DNA of 64,000 nucleotides. Source: Trypanosoma brucei (Eukaryota). The notes under the pieces are model-generated. The model saw nothing but the letters and a program-made list of their open reading frames with translations. It did not search any database and was not told where the DNA came from. Below, one piece after another: positions 20,509-31,558 of this stretch. The position numbers and the translations under genes were made by a program. Location of the stretch: the NCBI GenBank assembly GCA_000002445.1, contig CP000068.1:992001-1056000 (forward strand). The letters are read 5' to 3'. How positions within the stretch are numbered: the stretch's first letter is position 1; every line of letters starts with the position of its first letter.

Positions 20509-23500
20509 TCACCTTCTTGAATCTTTTCTGTGCAATCGCGACGAACCTTCCTCCCTGTGGAACCTTTTCCCTTCATCATCTCCCTCCTCATCGTCACATG
20601 AACTCCACACATATGTAATCGGTATCATACGAACTACTGCCGTATCGATGTCTTCATCACGGTTCCGCTGGTCCGACAACCAGCGCTCAACTTCCTCAAC
20701 GGGGCGTCTAGAAGTCGTAGCAATGGCGGCTACTTGAATGTTATGATGAAGAGCAAAAGCTTGTGGTGTGACACGATACTCACGCCTGGTATCTGGATGA
20801 GTAAACACTAAGGAACCAGTAGGTGCACGAAAGTAATACAGACCCTTCGAAGCACTCAAATTACAAGTCCAGCGATAGGGAAGGTGCGGGAAAGGGTGGC
20901 CACGAGGGGGGTACGAACTAAACTTCAGGGTCTTCGACAGAGACCTATCCGAATGCCGCCGTTCTCTACTGCCTCGTGTGCTTCTGCTCCTGCTCCTGCT
21001 TCTGCTCCGTTTCCTCCTGCTCCGGCCGTGTCTACGGTGGCTATGATGTCTGCGGCGACGATCGCGTCTGCCACCGTCCCCATCAGTGTGTTCATTTCGC
21101 TCGCCATACCTCCTCCCGCCGCTTCCAACTGTATGATACGACACCTTCATGAGATCCAGAGCCGCCAGGTCCAGGGCTTCCAGGCGAATGCGCTGGTCGT
21201 TAATCCACTCCTCTGCAACCTCCTTGGTTATGATGGGAGGTTGTTCTCGGGAGGCATCATCAGTTCTACACTCCTGTGACATCCGATTCGCGTACTCAAG
21301 AACTTCGTCTAACGTCACCGCTGTCCTGGCTTCCAGCAGAAAAGCTTGCGGAGCTACCATAAACTCTGTTGCATCTGTCGGGTGTTTATAAGTGGCAGGG
21401 CTTTTGCCGTCCCTAAAGTAGTAGTACCCATACGAACGGCTCATTGCAGACGTCCAACCTGTCGGAAGCGGAGTGAAGGGCTCACCAGTTCGCGGGTAGT
21501 GACGCATTGCAGCCGTCCACTCCGGCAGCCATCGCCTTGTTGTAACGTGCTGTTGTGCATCAGAACTCGGTTGCGGATTGTAACTGGATGATGTGCCCAA
21601 TATGGCTGTTGTGATGTTGGCCGGCTGTTGAGGATACGGTGGAGGAAGCACCGTGGACGACAACTTCTTCTCGATTTGCTCATAGCGCTCCTCGGAGGCA
21701 GGTTTCGCAAAGTACGCACTTCGAAGAGATTGATATGCCTCCTCAGAAGGTTGAACGCGCAACGCTGCTTCAAGAAGATTCAAGGCGTCGTGATCAGTGA
21801 ATACGCACCGCACACCAGAGTTTTTGTCAACCTCTTTGTTCTTACCAATATCCCGGGGCATCAACTCCATGAGGCGCAAGAAAGCGCCGCAAAGACGAGC
21901 GGTTTCGACGCTCAGTGTGGGACTCACATTACTCTTCGAAAGGGCGACACGAATGAAATAGAAGTGGTCACGTGTCAGGCTAGTTTTTGAAGCGTACAGT
22001 ATGTTTGCGAATTCCTCGCCGTTGAAGAAGTCCGCATTTAGGTACAACCGCAGTAGTGACCGGTACACAGCACCTTCGATATCCCAAAGCATGAAACTGG
22101 ACTGTCTCGATACCTCTCCTTTCAAATTTTCTTCCTTCTTACCACTTTGAGGACACTCCGGCATTGACTGAAAAAACGTTTCCAATGCCTTCGTTTCTGC
22201 CAAGAACTCTGCAACACTCTCTCGCTGCTCACTCGACATGGCTGTCAGGAGCGCGTCAATCGCACTCCCTACTTGGGACGTCAGTCGACCCATTGCTGCT
22301 GCTTGTGATGTTTGTGCTGACTCACCAGCCAGGCTCTGGATGTGTTCGTGCAACCACATGGCTAAAGAGGCCCAGTGGCGCAAGAGGCGAAGCACAAGGG
22401 GGTTTGCTGCCGTGGGGTCGCTTCGGAGGGCCACGACACCAACAGACTGCACCACTGTTGTGTCTAACAAAAACGGAAGAATACAGCGACACAGAAGGGG
22501 AAGTAACTTCGCTGCATGGCAGTTGGCGAGTGCTGTCAGGATTGATATCGCTCCTTTGCTAGCCAGCAGGTAGGGTAGAAGCGTTGGAAGTTGTTTAATC
22601 TTCTTCGGCTGAGTCCCTTCAGTTTCCGTTGCTGGCTTACCCGCCGTGGTCGTTGCCTCAACAGAAGCTATTGTTTCTCCATCTTTTGGTCGGGCATATT
22701 GTTGGTCCCAAGCCGCCTGTTCATCATTGCAGCTACCGCTATTTTCCACCAGTAGTGCTTCCACAATACGCGACCGACCATCATTGAATTCCTCGCTGGT
22801 ACTAGTTAAAATAATTCGGATGTCGGCAGAGTGCTGCTGCAGAAATGAAACGATGTCTTCTACCTCAGGGCTCAAGGGTGGCACAGAGAAATCGCAAGGA
22901 ATGCTAGGAAACATCAATTCTTTATCACGCAGGCGGTCTTCACCTTCGTTGTTTGACGGCATTGCCTGTGCTGTCTCAATTGGACCTTCATATTCACCAT
23001 CGACGCGCGTTGTGGTTTCGCCGCTATTTAAAAGGTTTGTGTTTCCATTTTGCAAGGCCCCCAATGGGAACGCCAACTGCACCCTTTCCACAATTTTCGC
23101 AGCCAAACTATTCACATCATCCACCGTTATAGAAGACACACACGGTGCGCCATTTATCGTGATTGGTTGCACCTGCACGGCCACCCGCTCCTCTACTCGA
23201 ACTGTTGGAACGAAACTGCCAAATGTTGATTGCCCCAAAATAGAAGGCATAGAGGATGGCACGGCGTGACTATGGTGATGTTGAGGAATCGGGTAGCCGT
23301 ATGGTGGGGCTGCGTATTGCGCGTACGTCGATGGCGGATAATAGCCAGCCGCACCCCCGGGCGGACCTCCCCCTGACCCCCAATACATCATCTGAGGTGG
23401 TGGTTGTTGAGTTGTGTTATTGTCACCGGTATTTCCCTCCTCAGCATCCTCATTAGAGATTTCTTCTTCAACTAACTCAGGATAATCAGTTTTCGGTGCT

Positions 23501-25182
23501 TTCATTTCATTTATGTTACTCATGACAGCTGCTTGATAGGGAGGCGGCGTGTCCGTACGCGGTGGTGGGGGTGGTGGCGGTTGCTGCCAAGCGGCAGTTG
23601 GAGCAGCATAGCCATAATATGAACCGTAAGGAGGACATGATTGCGACCCACTATGTGGTATCGGTGCTGGCGTTGCACGGGGTGGAGCGGCAGCAACATG
23701 AGGCACGCTTACTTCAGCGGCAGGTGGTGCATGCGCCTCAGCACGCGGTGCTGACTGGCCACTGCGGTGCCGTGCGCTTGGCTTCTGCTGTTGCTCTGCT
23801 GTGCGCACGTCTTTTTGGCCATCCGCCTTCACCTCTTGAAGAAGTTCAGTGATGTCATTGTCGACGAAGTCCTCTTCACTTAGTTTTTGTGGTTTCACCC
23901 CGGTGCCCAAACCCCCAAATATATCAACTTCTTCCTTAGCGTTGCGAGACCACATTGGACTACCAGACCTTACCCACCTCCCTCCCCTCTTCTCCTCGAT
24001 GTCGCTGCTCTTGCCAAGGTAATCGTCGTCGTCAGCAGCCTCATCATCCTCGTATTTAGCCCCATTATTGCTATAATCATTAGTCTCACCAGTGTCATCC
24101 TTCACATCGCGCCGCAGCCTCGAATTCTCCCCGACGTCCGACCCTTTTTGGCGCCCCACCGCTACCCGCGGGCCTCCCTTGGATTGCGAGAACTCATCCA
24201 TACAGTCTGCCATTGTGATGAGCACCCCGCAACGCTGAAACAGCGTATATTGCACGAGAAACGAGCAGAAAGGGTTCCACAACCACTCATACACCGTCCC
24301 CGGTTTCTTTACCGCCACGTAAAAGACACCAGGCTCAAAACCGGAAATAACATTCATATCATTTTCCCCGTTTCCAGTTTCCGGTTGAAAGAGAGAACCA
24401 ATGTCCTCGCTTGTTATGCCACGTCCTCCATTAAGCAGAAATTGATAGTCCGTAACTTGAAACGTAGCGCACGGTGGCACTACCCGTTTGTTGCCACCAA
24501 AACTGCCGCCACTATTCAGGTCCCCATCGTCTTCCAACACAAAACCCGCACAAAGGCCAACATTGGTAAACTCCTCCATGACGCGCATTGCCAACCTCAC
24601 ATCACGCCCAAAGGTGACAACAAGCTGCATCAACTCTGTTCCCATCTTTACAAAACGCAGCGACGTTATTGCAGTTGTCGCCCGCTGATAGGCAAGGAGC
24701 TCAACGATATACTTCACAAGACTTCTGCCGTATTCCTTTGGTGTCATTCCCTCCGGCACAACACCGTCAAGTTGCAGCACTACAGACGCCGATGGTGTTA
24801 TATGCGGTGGCTGCTGCGCTTGTACAGGCGCAGAGGGTATGAGATGCAACTCTGGAACCGTAGCCGGCAACACCTGACGTGCACCGCTCCACGTTGGTGG
24901 GGGTGAGACAGGGTTACGCAACACCATCTGCTGGCAATATTGAAGAGCCTCTTCAGCAGTAGCCTCTTCCGATAGATATCCTGCGGGTTGCTGATGTTGC
25001 TGCTGTTGTGCCTCCTCTCCCACACCTTCTTGCGAAGCCTGAGCGGCCACCGCGGGGTACGCCGTGTTATCTCCATCCACAAAAGGGGCACCCGTTGCGG
25101 GAGGGTCCACCGCATCGGTGACGCCCATGTTGGCCCCCTGAAGCTGCGGTTGCTGTTGTTGTGGTCGTTTAAATGTGTACAT
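20509..25182 (-). CDS. large hypothetical protein with poly-Gln N-terminus, PPxY-type Pro-rich motifs, two WW-like modules and an RS-like Arg/Ser/His block
   Basis: ORF 20509..25500. The first 106 codons translate pyrimidine-rich UTR-like sequence, so the likely start is Met at 25182 (MYTFKRPQQQQPQLQ). The C-terminal region contains PLPTGWTSAMSRSYGYYYFRDGKSPATYKHP and HLPYRWTCNLSASKGLYYFRAPTGSLVFTHP. These fit a WW-like LPxGW...G.YYF...T.xxP pattern, with the second Trp replaced by Tyr or Phe. Each is followed by a helical PQAF segment. Between them lies RRDRRRRHHSHRRHGRSRRKRSRSRSRSRSTRGSRERRHSDRS. PPPPPPPRTDTPPPYQ and APPYGYP motifs lie upstream. Confidence 0.7.
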   Translation of the reverse strand: MYTFKRPQQQQPQLQGANMGVTDAVDPPATGAPFVDGDNTAYPAVAAQASQEGVGEEAQQQQHQQPAGYLSEEATAEEALQYCQQMVLRNPVSPPPTWSGARQVLPATVPELHLIPSAPVQAQQPPHITPSASVVLQLDGVVPEGMTPKEYGRSLVKYIVELLAYQRATTAITSLRFVKMGTELMQLVVTFGRDVRLAMRVMEEFTNVGLCAGFVLEDDGDLNSGGSFGGNKRVVPPCATFQVTDYQFLLNGGRGITSEDIGSLFQPETGNGENDMNVISGFEPGVFYVAVKKPGTVYEWLWNPFCSFLVQYTLFQRCGVLITMADCMDEFSQSKGGPRVAVGRQKGSDVGENSRLRRDVKDDTGETNDYSNNGAKYEDDEAADDDDYLGKSSDIEEKRGGRWVRSGSPMWSRNAKEEVDIFGGLGTGVKPQKLSEEDFVDNDITELLQEVKADGQKDVRTAEQQQKPSARHRSGQSAPRAEAHAPPAAEVSVPHVAAAPPRATPAPIPHSGSQSCPPYGSYYGYAAPTAAWQQPPPPPPPRTDTPPPYQAAVMSNINEMKAPKTDYPELVEEEISNEDAEEGNTGDNNTTQQPPPQMMYWGSGGGPPGGAAGYYPPSTYAQYAAPPYGYPIPQHHHSHAVPSSMPSILGQSTFGSFVPTVRVEERVAVQVQPITINGAPCVSSITVDDVNSLAAKIVERVQLAFPLGALQNGNTNLLNSGETTTRVDGEYEGPIETAQAMPSNNEGEDRLRDKELMFPSIPCDFSVPPLSPEVEDIVSFLQQHSADIRIILTSTSEEFNDGRSRIVEALLVENSGSCNDEQAAWDQQYARPKDGETIASVEATTTAGKPATETEGTQPKKIKQLPTLLPYLLASKGAISILTALANCHAAKLLPLLCRCILPFLLDTTVVQSVGVVALRSDPTAANPLVLRLLRHWASLAMWLHEHIQSLAGESAQTSQAAAMGRLTSQVGSAIDALLTAMSSEQRESVAEFLAETKALETFFQSMPECPQSGKKEENLKGEVSRQSSFMLWDIEGAVYRSLLRLYLNADFFNGEEFANILYASKTSLTRDHFYFIRVALSKSNVSPTLSVETARLCGAFLRLMELMPRDIGKNKEVDKNSGVRCVFTDHDALNLLEAALRVQPSEEAYQSLRSAYFAKPASEERYEQIEKKLSSTVLPPPYPQQPANITTAILGTSSSYNPQPSSDAQQHVTTRRWLPEWTAAMRHYPRTGEPFTPLPTGWTSAMSRSYGYYYFRDGKSPATYKHPTDATEFMVAPQAFLLEARTAVTLDEVLEYANRMSQECRTDDASREQPPIITKEVAEEWINDQRIRLEALDLAALDLMKVSYHTVGSGGRRYGERNEHTDGDGGRRDRRRRHHSHRRHGRSRRKRSRSRSRSRSTRGSRERRHSDRSLSKTLKFSSYPPRGHPFPHLPYRWTCNLSASKGLYYFRAPTGSLVFTHPDTRREYRVTPQAFALHHNIQVAAIATTSRRPVEEVERWLSDQRNRDEDIDTAVVRMIPITYVWSSCDDEEGDDEGKRFHREEGSSRLHRKDSRR
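20794..21465 (-). other. tandem WW-like / RS-like / WW-like module at the C-terminus of CDS 20509..25182
   Basis: WW-like #1 at ~21376..21465. Arg/Ser/His-rich block at ~20884..21072. The DNA there is an AGC/AGG/AGA (Ser/Arg) codon repeat on the coding strand. WW-like #2 at ~20794..20883. Confidence 0.5.
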
Positions 25183-26493
25183 TCTATTCTTCCCCCTTTT
25201 AAACAACAGCGCGTTGCAGTGTTCCAGGAGTATAAACGTGAAGTGTAGGTATAACAGCAAAGGAAAGTTGAGAAGGGGACTCAGTTGAAAGAGTGAGAGC
25301 CGGTGTAAACAAACATCACTGGGGATGGAAACCGCCCCCACGGCACAGGGGAAGTATGCGTCAGAACTTGAAGACGCGAGAAACAATGGTACCGCCAAAA
25401 GCCGAAAACAAAGAGGTGGTCGAAGTGACCCGTGGTGGGACATGATTCGCTGTTTAGTACGAAACGAAAAAAAGAGGTAAAAATGTGAGGGACAAAACAA
25501 GAAAGGCGCGTAAACAGGAACGGAGAAGTATTAGCAACCCCGGTAATACTGCAAAACACAATGGGCACCACAGCTACACATTAAGATAGTTTCCATTATT
25601 TTTGCTCACAAGTGGATAATGGAAACCAATAGATACGAACGTCAGGCCTTTAGGCATACAATCTGGTACAGAGAACATGGATTAGACCAACCACTTTGGT
25701 GGCGGCACCCGTAGCTCTCCTTCCAGGCCTCCATCATCACAACCCTCTTTTCCCTACCTCTTCTTCTTTGTGCTCTCCCCTCTTCCTCTTCCTTCCCATT
25801 CCCTCTATCGCAGTGCAGTACACAATGACAGTGGTGTCCATTTACCAACACAACCATCACTGTCCGTTGAAATATAACTGGTAGAAATACCGCTTCGCGA
25901 GGTACGGTGTGCATACACCAGCACTCACGATGTAATACATCAAATCAAACATACAAAATTATTATAACCCCACAATTAAGTGGGAAAATGGGGCCACCAT
26001 TATATGAAAGATTACCAGAACAATGATACCCCCCAAAAAACCAATCCCTTGCATTCAATTCTCATCAGTCATTGACCCAGCGCAGTTTCCCCCCGTTTTT
26101 GTACGATGTGTATATATGTGCACATACATTTGCTCTTATCACCCGCCTTTGCCAATTGCACATCTTACCCCTTTCTTGCTCTCCAAGGCGCTGCTGGGTC
26201 ACACGTTTTCTCACATCTCCCTGTATCAAAACAATCTGTCAACCAGATACCGCACCAGTGATATGGAACGAATACATCGATCATCCACCGCATCACCTTC
26301 GCTATCAGTCAAATCCTACATGCTTTTTTTTCTTCACATCACTCTTATTCGTACAAGGGGAGCACCCGTTGGTCACCATTTCCTTCCTTTTATTATTCGT
26401 AACGCTTTTTACGCTAGCGGGCTCACCCTGAGAAATACACAAGTGTATATATTTCTATGTTTTCACTGGTAGACGGAAACATCTTCTGCTGCA

Positions 26494-29400
26494 TTACAAT
26501 GGCAGCAAGTGAGCACCAGTGGCGAGTGGTGAGAAGGCGCAACACATTGACCACTGCAGGGCCTCACTCTGCGAAATGTAGGAGTCACCATCCTCGAGCC
26601 GAATCGCCGGTCCAACAATTGGTTCAAGAGTCAGGGCAGATTTATGTTGAGTGCACTCTGTCAGGCTAAGATAAGGAAGCACTGCACCAACTACTGAACA
26701 CTCGACTTCCACAGAATGCGGTGAATAGGCAGAAAGATGTGGCTGCGCTTTGGTTAGCTGTCCCATGAGGGAGTGGTCACTCCCAGCGAGCTCTCGGGCT
26801 TTCGTAAAGGCAGGATTCAGTAGTTTGGGGAATCGATAAACCTTTACGCACATCAGGGCAGCAAGAAGGAAGGTTTGTGCAAGAAACTTGCGCGCCACCG
26901 CCGAATGTCTTTTTGTCCCTGCCTCCGGTGGTGTGGCAGTCACCGTCGCGGCCGGTAACGGTATCGCTAGCGGTACTGGCGCTGCGGGTGGTGGTGGTGG
27001 TGGGGGCGTTGCCGGTGGGGCGGAGTCAGTTGAAAGGCCCTGAATTACAAGGGTTACGTAAGACGAGACCGTATATGCTTGCTTTAGATAAAAGACAGTA
27101 TGAGCTCCATCTATGTCTTGCAGCACCACCTGGAAAATGTTGTCGATAAAGCTGCTTATAGTCTGTATAAGGTCCTCGCCTGTTTCAGAACCAATCGGTT
27201 TACTTGGTGACAACACCATGGCGGCGACTTGATTAACAGATGCAAGACCATCATTGGCGTGCTTTTGCTGGATGCTTGCCATGTCGAGGGGGAGTTGGAG
27301 ACGCTTACATTCATTAAGGACCTTTTCATGGAATGTCGTGAGTTTCTGGGCTGCTTGAGTGCCGTTGATATCACCTTCTTTGCTAGCCGCTGAGGTAGCC
27401 ATACCACCTTTACCGCTGCCGATACCCATAATGGGGTTGATCAGTGCGTGCTGATAAAGCGTTAATACCGTGGCAAGACCATCGTATACATTTGACTGTC
27501 GTGTAGCACACACTAGTGCCGTATCCCATTGTTGTTGACTACAAGACTGCAACATAGAGAGTCGATATCCTGCATCTATTGTTGCCAAGTGCTGCAATGG
27601 AACAGTATGAATAAGAAGGTGCGCCAATGTGACGTCCCCGCTGCGGATAAGGTGCATAGCTGCGTCATCGTTAGCACCCTCAGCGAGCAGAGATGCGGCT
27701 ACAATGCGGGGATTGGAGGCATTCTTAAACACCGTTGCTCTGGCATCCATTAATTCCAACGCAGCCCTCGAAGTACCGTTTGTATCAACTGCAGTGTTAT
27801 GCAGCGGCTCCTCGCTCTTCTGTTCGTCCGCTCGCTGCGGACATGTCTTTAATAACACCACGGCCTCATCGAAATTCTTTTCTGACTGCGAGGCAACACA
27901 CCGAGCGGCCACCGCACTTTCCTCCGCCATAATAAAATAACGTACGGCTCGCATGTCCCCTATCTTTTTCATTGCTTCCGCTGCCTTCAGACAAACTGAT
28001 CGCCAAAAGTCTCGACTCACTAGCGGCGCTGCACTGATGGCACTGTCCCATTCCCCCGCTTCCATCATCAGGTCACAGTACTCATTCACCTTCCCCACAA
28101 GTAGCATCCCATTAGCTGCCTCCACCAGCCGTGCACTCTTGTACGCTTCTCCTGCGGCAACGACAGATTTGTTGTGCGCCTTATCCACTGCCAACTTGGC
28201 CCGGGCCGTGTAAATCTCCACCAATTGACTGTGTGGAAGCACCGTACACTCCGCGTGCGAAATATCAGTTGGATTGCTTGCAAGTTTGGCGATCCGCGAG
28301 ATGTCTGCAGCGCCAAAAGGGAACTCGAAGAAATCTGTGATCAGTTCCATTCTCTTCTGGGGGGTGGTGTTACCATCCTTCAACTCTTTGCACAGATGTT
28401 GCAGGACTTCAGCTGCAACCAGTGCTGCATTCCCAGTTGCTGCCGAGGGAGCAGCCATCAGGACAGTATCGTCTGACGTGATGCAGCGGTCCACTGTACC
28501 TAATGATGCCTCCAAACTCAGGTGCCGTAAGAGCCCCATGTACCAAAATGTGACCGCCCCGTCTCTAGCCGCTGCAGCAAACACAAACGGCCGCTGGGGG
28601 TGACTACTGAGGGCCACTACCTCTGAACCGGAACAACGCGCAGAAAACAAATTGGTTTCAGTACGGATGTCCCACAGGCGCAGGGTACAGTCTGCACCGG
28701 CTGAGAGTACGAGATAGGGTGCGGCGTTACACCATGCAACGGCATGAACTCGACCGGTGTGGCCCCGTAACACGCGCGCGCTTACGGATGTTGCGTGGGA
28801 TGTTGTGGTGGACAGGTCCCATAGACGCAATGTCGAGTCGCGGCTACAACTGAGCAGCAGGTGTCCAAAAATCCCATTATAAGCAACGCCAGTAACGGCA
28901 TCCGTGTGACCCGAGAGCACAAGTGTGGGCGATTCCCGGTTAACACTAGTCTGAAACAGAAGAACCTGGCCGTCCTTACAAGCCGCTGAGAAGTTTTTGG
29001 CGTTTCGCGGGTCAAAATCCACTGAAAGAACGACGGTTGGTGTACGGTATCGCCGTAATTCCTTTCCGTCCCTCGCTGCCAGCAAAGAAACACTACCGGA
29101 ATATCCAGCTACGATACAGCTACCCGACTCCACGCGGCTCCACGCAATGCAGGACACAGCACCACTACTCGTGAGTGTTATGCGCCAGTTCTCTCGATGC
29201 GTACTTACATTGTAACTTATAACTAACCCATTGCTAAGTGCAACGGCGATATTTTTACCTGTAGGGCTCCAATCAACGCCCTGGACCGCAACGGTGCCAG
29301 CATAGATCCTTGATTGTAGCTCCAATTGCCTCGTGTTCCACATGTTAACGTTGCCATCGGCACCAGTTGTGGCAAGCACATCTTTGTTGTGGTATGCGTA

Positions 29401-30693
29401 GCGACAACTGTGCAACGTATCTGTATGACTAGGTGGTGTCTGAAACTCTATGTCGTGCCGCTGTGTGCTGTAAACGACAACTCTCCCGTTTTTAAGAGAA
29501 AGAACAATGTGCTCTGATGCAAAAGACACCGCTGAAGCTATAGCGTCCCCTGCTGGAGCTTTTGGAAAATAGTCCTCTAGACCTTTGCATTTACTCTCGG
29601 GGTGGGTCGTAGTCCATACAGGGGCCCACACGTGAGAATGAGTACGGCTTGTGACGGTCCATACACGCAGCTTACTGGACTCACCATCAGTCGTTACGAA
29701 TGTGCCTGCCTGAGCGGGTAAAAATGAAATGGACGTCACCGGTGTATCATGCACCTCAAACACCTGAACAACAGCGGCGGTCGTGACATCCACAACCGCG
29801 AGTGCCCCCTCGGAGGATCCAGCAACAGCATGGTTGATGTTATTTGGGTCGAAGACCAACGACGTAACAGCGTGTGAGCAGGTGTCTTTGTCTCCCTCAC
29901 CGCCGTGTCCAGCGTTGCCAGTTGCGTCAGAAACGGTGACACCAGATTTCCCCTTTTCAGCTGCAGATGAAGAAGTTCTCAAAAACGGCTTTATAGCGTG
30001 ACTCTGCTTTAGTCCGTTTACAGGATGCAAGGAAAACACACACAACAGGCCTCCAGACGTTCCCACAGCAATTACGTCGGGACGCGTGGGTGACGCGCTC
30101 ATGCAACAAACAGCTCCCGCTGTATGGTCATGCTTATGACTTCCACCGTCCGCTGAAACCTTTGCACTGTGTGTTGTAACCCCATCGTGCATATTAGCAG
30201 AAACCACGTAACCTTTTGACGTGCCAAACAAAATATGGTGCTTACCGGAAACAAGCACCTGCCGAGGAGCACCTCCACTTTTGAAGAAATCCTTGACGCT
30301 TTCCAACACCGCCTTACTGTTGAGTAACTCGCAATTCGTTAACTTCCAGACAACTGCATGCGCATCGCTCGTAACGCATGCAACGTACTCGTCGTTAAGG
30401 TGGAACGACATTATTGTTCCTCTAACACCATTGGAAAAGACACGAGAGAGAGGATATGTTGTAACCACCTTCTCATTTCCAGTGGCATTGGGTCCACTGT
30501 AGTTGGAAGAGCCAGGTTGCATCGAGCTCGACCGTCGCGACGTTATCTCGCTGGATTTGTGATTTATTGGATTATATAGATAAATTGAATCCGACGAGCT
30601 GTACGCAATCATATTGTTGTAAGCCATAACGGGAGATGCGCACCGCTGCCCGCAGCCAGCCGTAATGAGCGCAACTGCATTTAGTGGATCCAT
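26494..30693 (-). CDS. WD40-repeat protein with helical C-terminal region and Pro-rich linker (1399 aa)
   Basis: Translation carries several WD-repeat signatures (GHTDAVTGVAYN...LRLWDL; GHTGRVHAVAWC...GADCTLRLWDIRTE; DGNVNMWNT) spanning about the first 750 aa. A helical region follows (EYCDLMMEAGEWDSAISAA...), then a Pro-rich tract (PPATPPPPPPPAAPVPLAIPLP) and a short C-terminal domain. Confidence 0.8.
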   Translation of the reverse strand: MDPLNAVALITAGCGQRCASPVMAYNNMIAYSSSDSIYLYNPINHKSSEITSRRSSSMQPGSSNYSGPNATGNEKVVTTYPLSRVFSNGVRGTIMSFHLNDEYVACVTSDAHAVVWKLTNCELLNSKAVLESVKDFFKSGGAPRQVLVSGKHHILFGTSKGYVVSANMHDGVTTHSAKVSADGGSHKHDHTAGAVCCMSASPTRPDVIAVGTSGGLLCVFSLHPVNGLKQSHAIKPFLRTSSSAAEKGKSGVTVSDATGNAGHGGEGDKDTCSHAVTSLVFDPNNINHAVAGSSEGALAVVDVTTAAVVQVFEVHDTPVTSISFLPAQAGTFVTTDGESSKLRVWTVTSRTHSHVWAPVWTTTHPESKCKGLEDYFPKAPAGDAIASAVSFASEHIVLSLKNGRVVVYSTQRHDIEFQTPPSHTDTLHSCRYAYHNKDVLATTGADGNVNMWNTRQLELQSRIYAGTVAVQGVDWSPTGKNIAVALSNGLVISYNVSTHRENWRITLTSSGAVSCIAWSRVESGSCIVAGYSGSVSLLAARDGKELRRYRTPTVVLSVDFDPRNAKNFSAACKDGQVLLFQTSVNRESPTLVLSGHTDAVTGVAYNGIFGHLLLSCSRDSTLRLWDLSTTTSHATSVSARVLRGHTGRVHAVAWCNAAPYLVLSAGADCTLRLWDIRTETNLFSARCSGSEVVALSSHPQRPFVFAAAARDGAVTFWYMGLLRHLSLEASLGTVDRCITSDDTVLMAAPSAATGNAALVAAEVLQHLCKELKDGNTTPQKRMELITDFFEFPFGAADISRIAKLASNPTDISHAECTVLPHSQLVEIYTARAKLAVDKAHNKSVVAAGEAYKSARLVEAANGMLLVGKVNEYCDLMMEAGEWDSAISAAPLVSRDFWRSVCLKAAEAMKKIGDMRAVRYFIMAEESAVAARCVASQSEKNFDEAVVLLKTCPQRADEQKSEEPLHNTAVDTNGTSRAALELMDARATVFKNASNPRIVAASLLAEGANDDAAMHLIRSGDVTLAHLLIHTVPLQHLATIDAGYRLSMLQSCSQQQWDTALVCATRQSNVYDGLATVLTLYQHALINPIMGIGSGKGGMATSAASKEGDINGTQAAQKLTTFHEKVLNECKRLQLPLDMASIQQKHANDGLASVNQVAAMVLSPSKPIGSETGEDLIQTISSFIDNIFQVVLQDIDGAHTVFYLKQAYTVSSYVTLVIQGLSTDSAPPATPPPPPPPAAPVPLAIPLPAATVTATPPEAGTKRHSAVARKFLAQTFLLAALMCVKVYRFPKLLNPAFTKARELAGSDHSLMGQLTKAQPHLSAYSPHSVEVECSVVGAVLPYLSLTECTQHKSALTLEPIVGPAIRLEDGDSYISQSEALQWSMCCAFSPLATGAHLLPL

Positions 30694-31494
30694 CTGTATG
30701 AGTTACAGCGACTGGTGTGCTTTCAAGTTGGTTCTTACTTGAAGTTTCCCCTGTTTTTTTTTCAGATATGTATGTAGGTAGAGTGTAATCACCAAAATCC
30801 TTATCTCCGCACAGTGAGCGACCGATGAAAGTTCGTCCTCCTGTTCCCAACCTGTTGTTGTTATTACTGTACCGGGAATCCTTACTGTTACACCAGTAGG
30901 GGGTGAAGGTGTACGGAACAGAAAGACGAACCTGATCTATGAAGCTATATATTTTCCTTTTAACAACCTATATTTGTTACCCACTCCTTTTCACACAAAT
31001 ATGAGCACAAAAATAATATCTTTGGATCCTTCTATACAAATATGAGTATATATATATATATGTTCCCCCCAAAATATATACCCTTCCTGATATGTGTATC
31101 CTTCGTTTGATCCGTTTCTTATTAAACGGATGTCGCAATGGGTAACACTACTTCCTCTCCTTCACTATAATAACGTATTTTGTTATGTATTTACTTGCCC
31201 CCTGGTTGTTGATAGGTATGCCAATAATCACGCCAACAGCAATATAAAACAAGGGTTGAAGAAGTTAAAGGGGTGAAGAACTAAGGTGAAAGAGTTGTTA
31301 AACAATACCAATCGAATTTTTAACAACTGACGAAAGGAAGATTGAAAAAGTAAAAAAGCATTCCATGAGCAGACCCGTGGCTCCGTTTGTGGGAAGCAAG
31401 GCCAAGCAGCAAGAAAGAAGGGCGAAGCAGCACGCACACTCTAACCACTTAGAAGTCCAACAAAGCTGACGAAAAAAAAAAACTTGATATATAC

Positions 31495-31522
31495 GTGTGT
31501 GTGTGTGTGTGTGTGTGTGTGT
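31495..31522. repeat. (GT)14 microsatellite
   Basis: gtgtgtgtgtgtgtgtgtgtgtgtgtgt seen directly. Confidence 0.95.
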
Positions 31523-31558
31523 ATTTATGTGCACATACTTCCTTATGTACCTCTCCTT

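Noticed and set aside
23887-24906. 339-aa plus-strand ORF
   Set aside because: It is entirely antisense to the 4.7-kb minus-strand CDS, which has consistent coding features. Its protein is low-complexity and basic with no motifs. Long antisense ORFs are common opposite GC-biased coding frames. Other plus-strand ORFs inside the large genes (e.g. 22646..23269 +) are rejected for the same reason.
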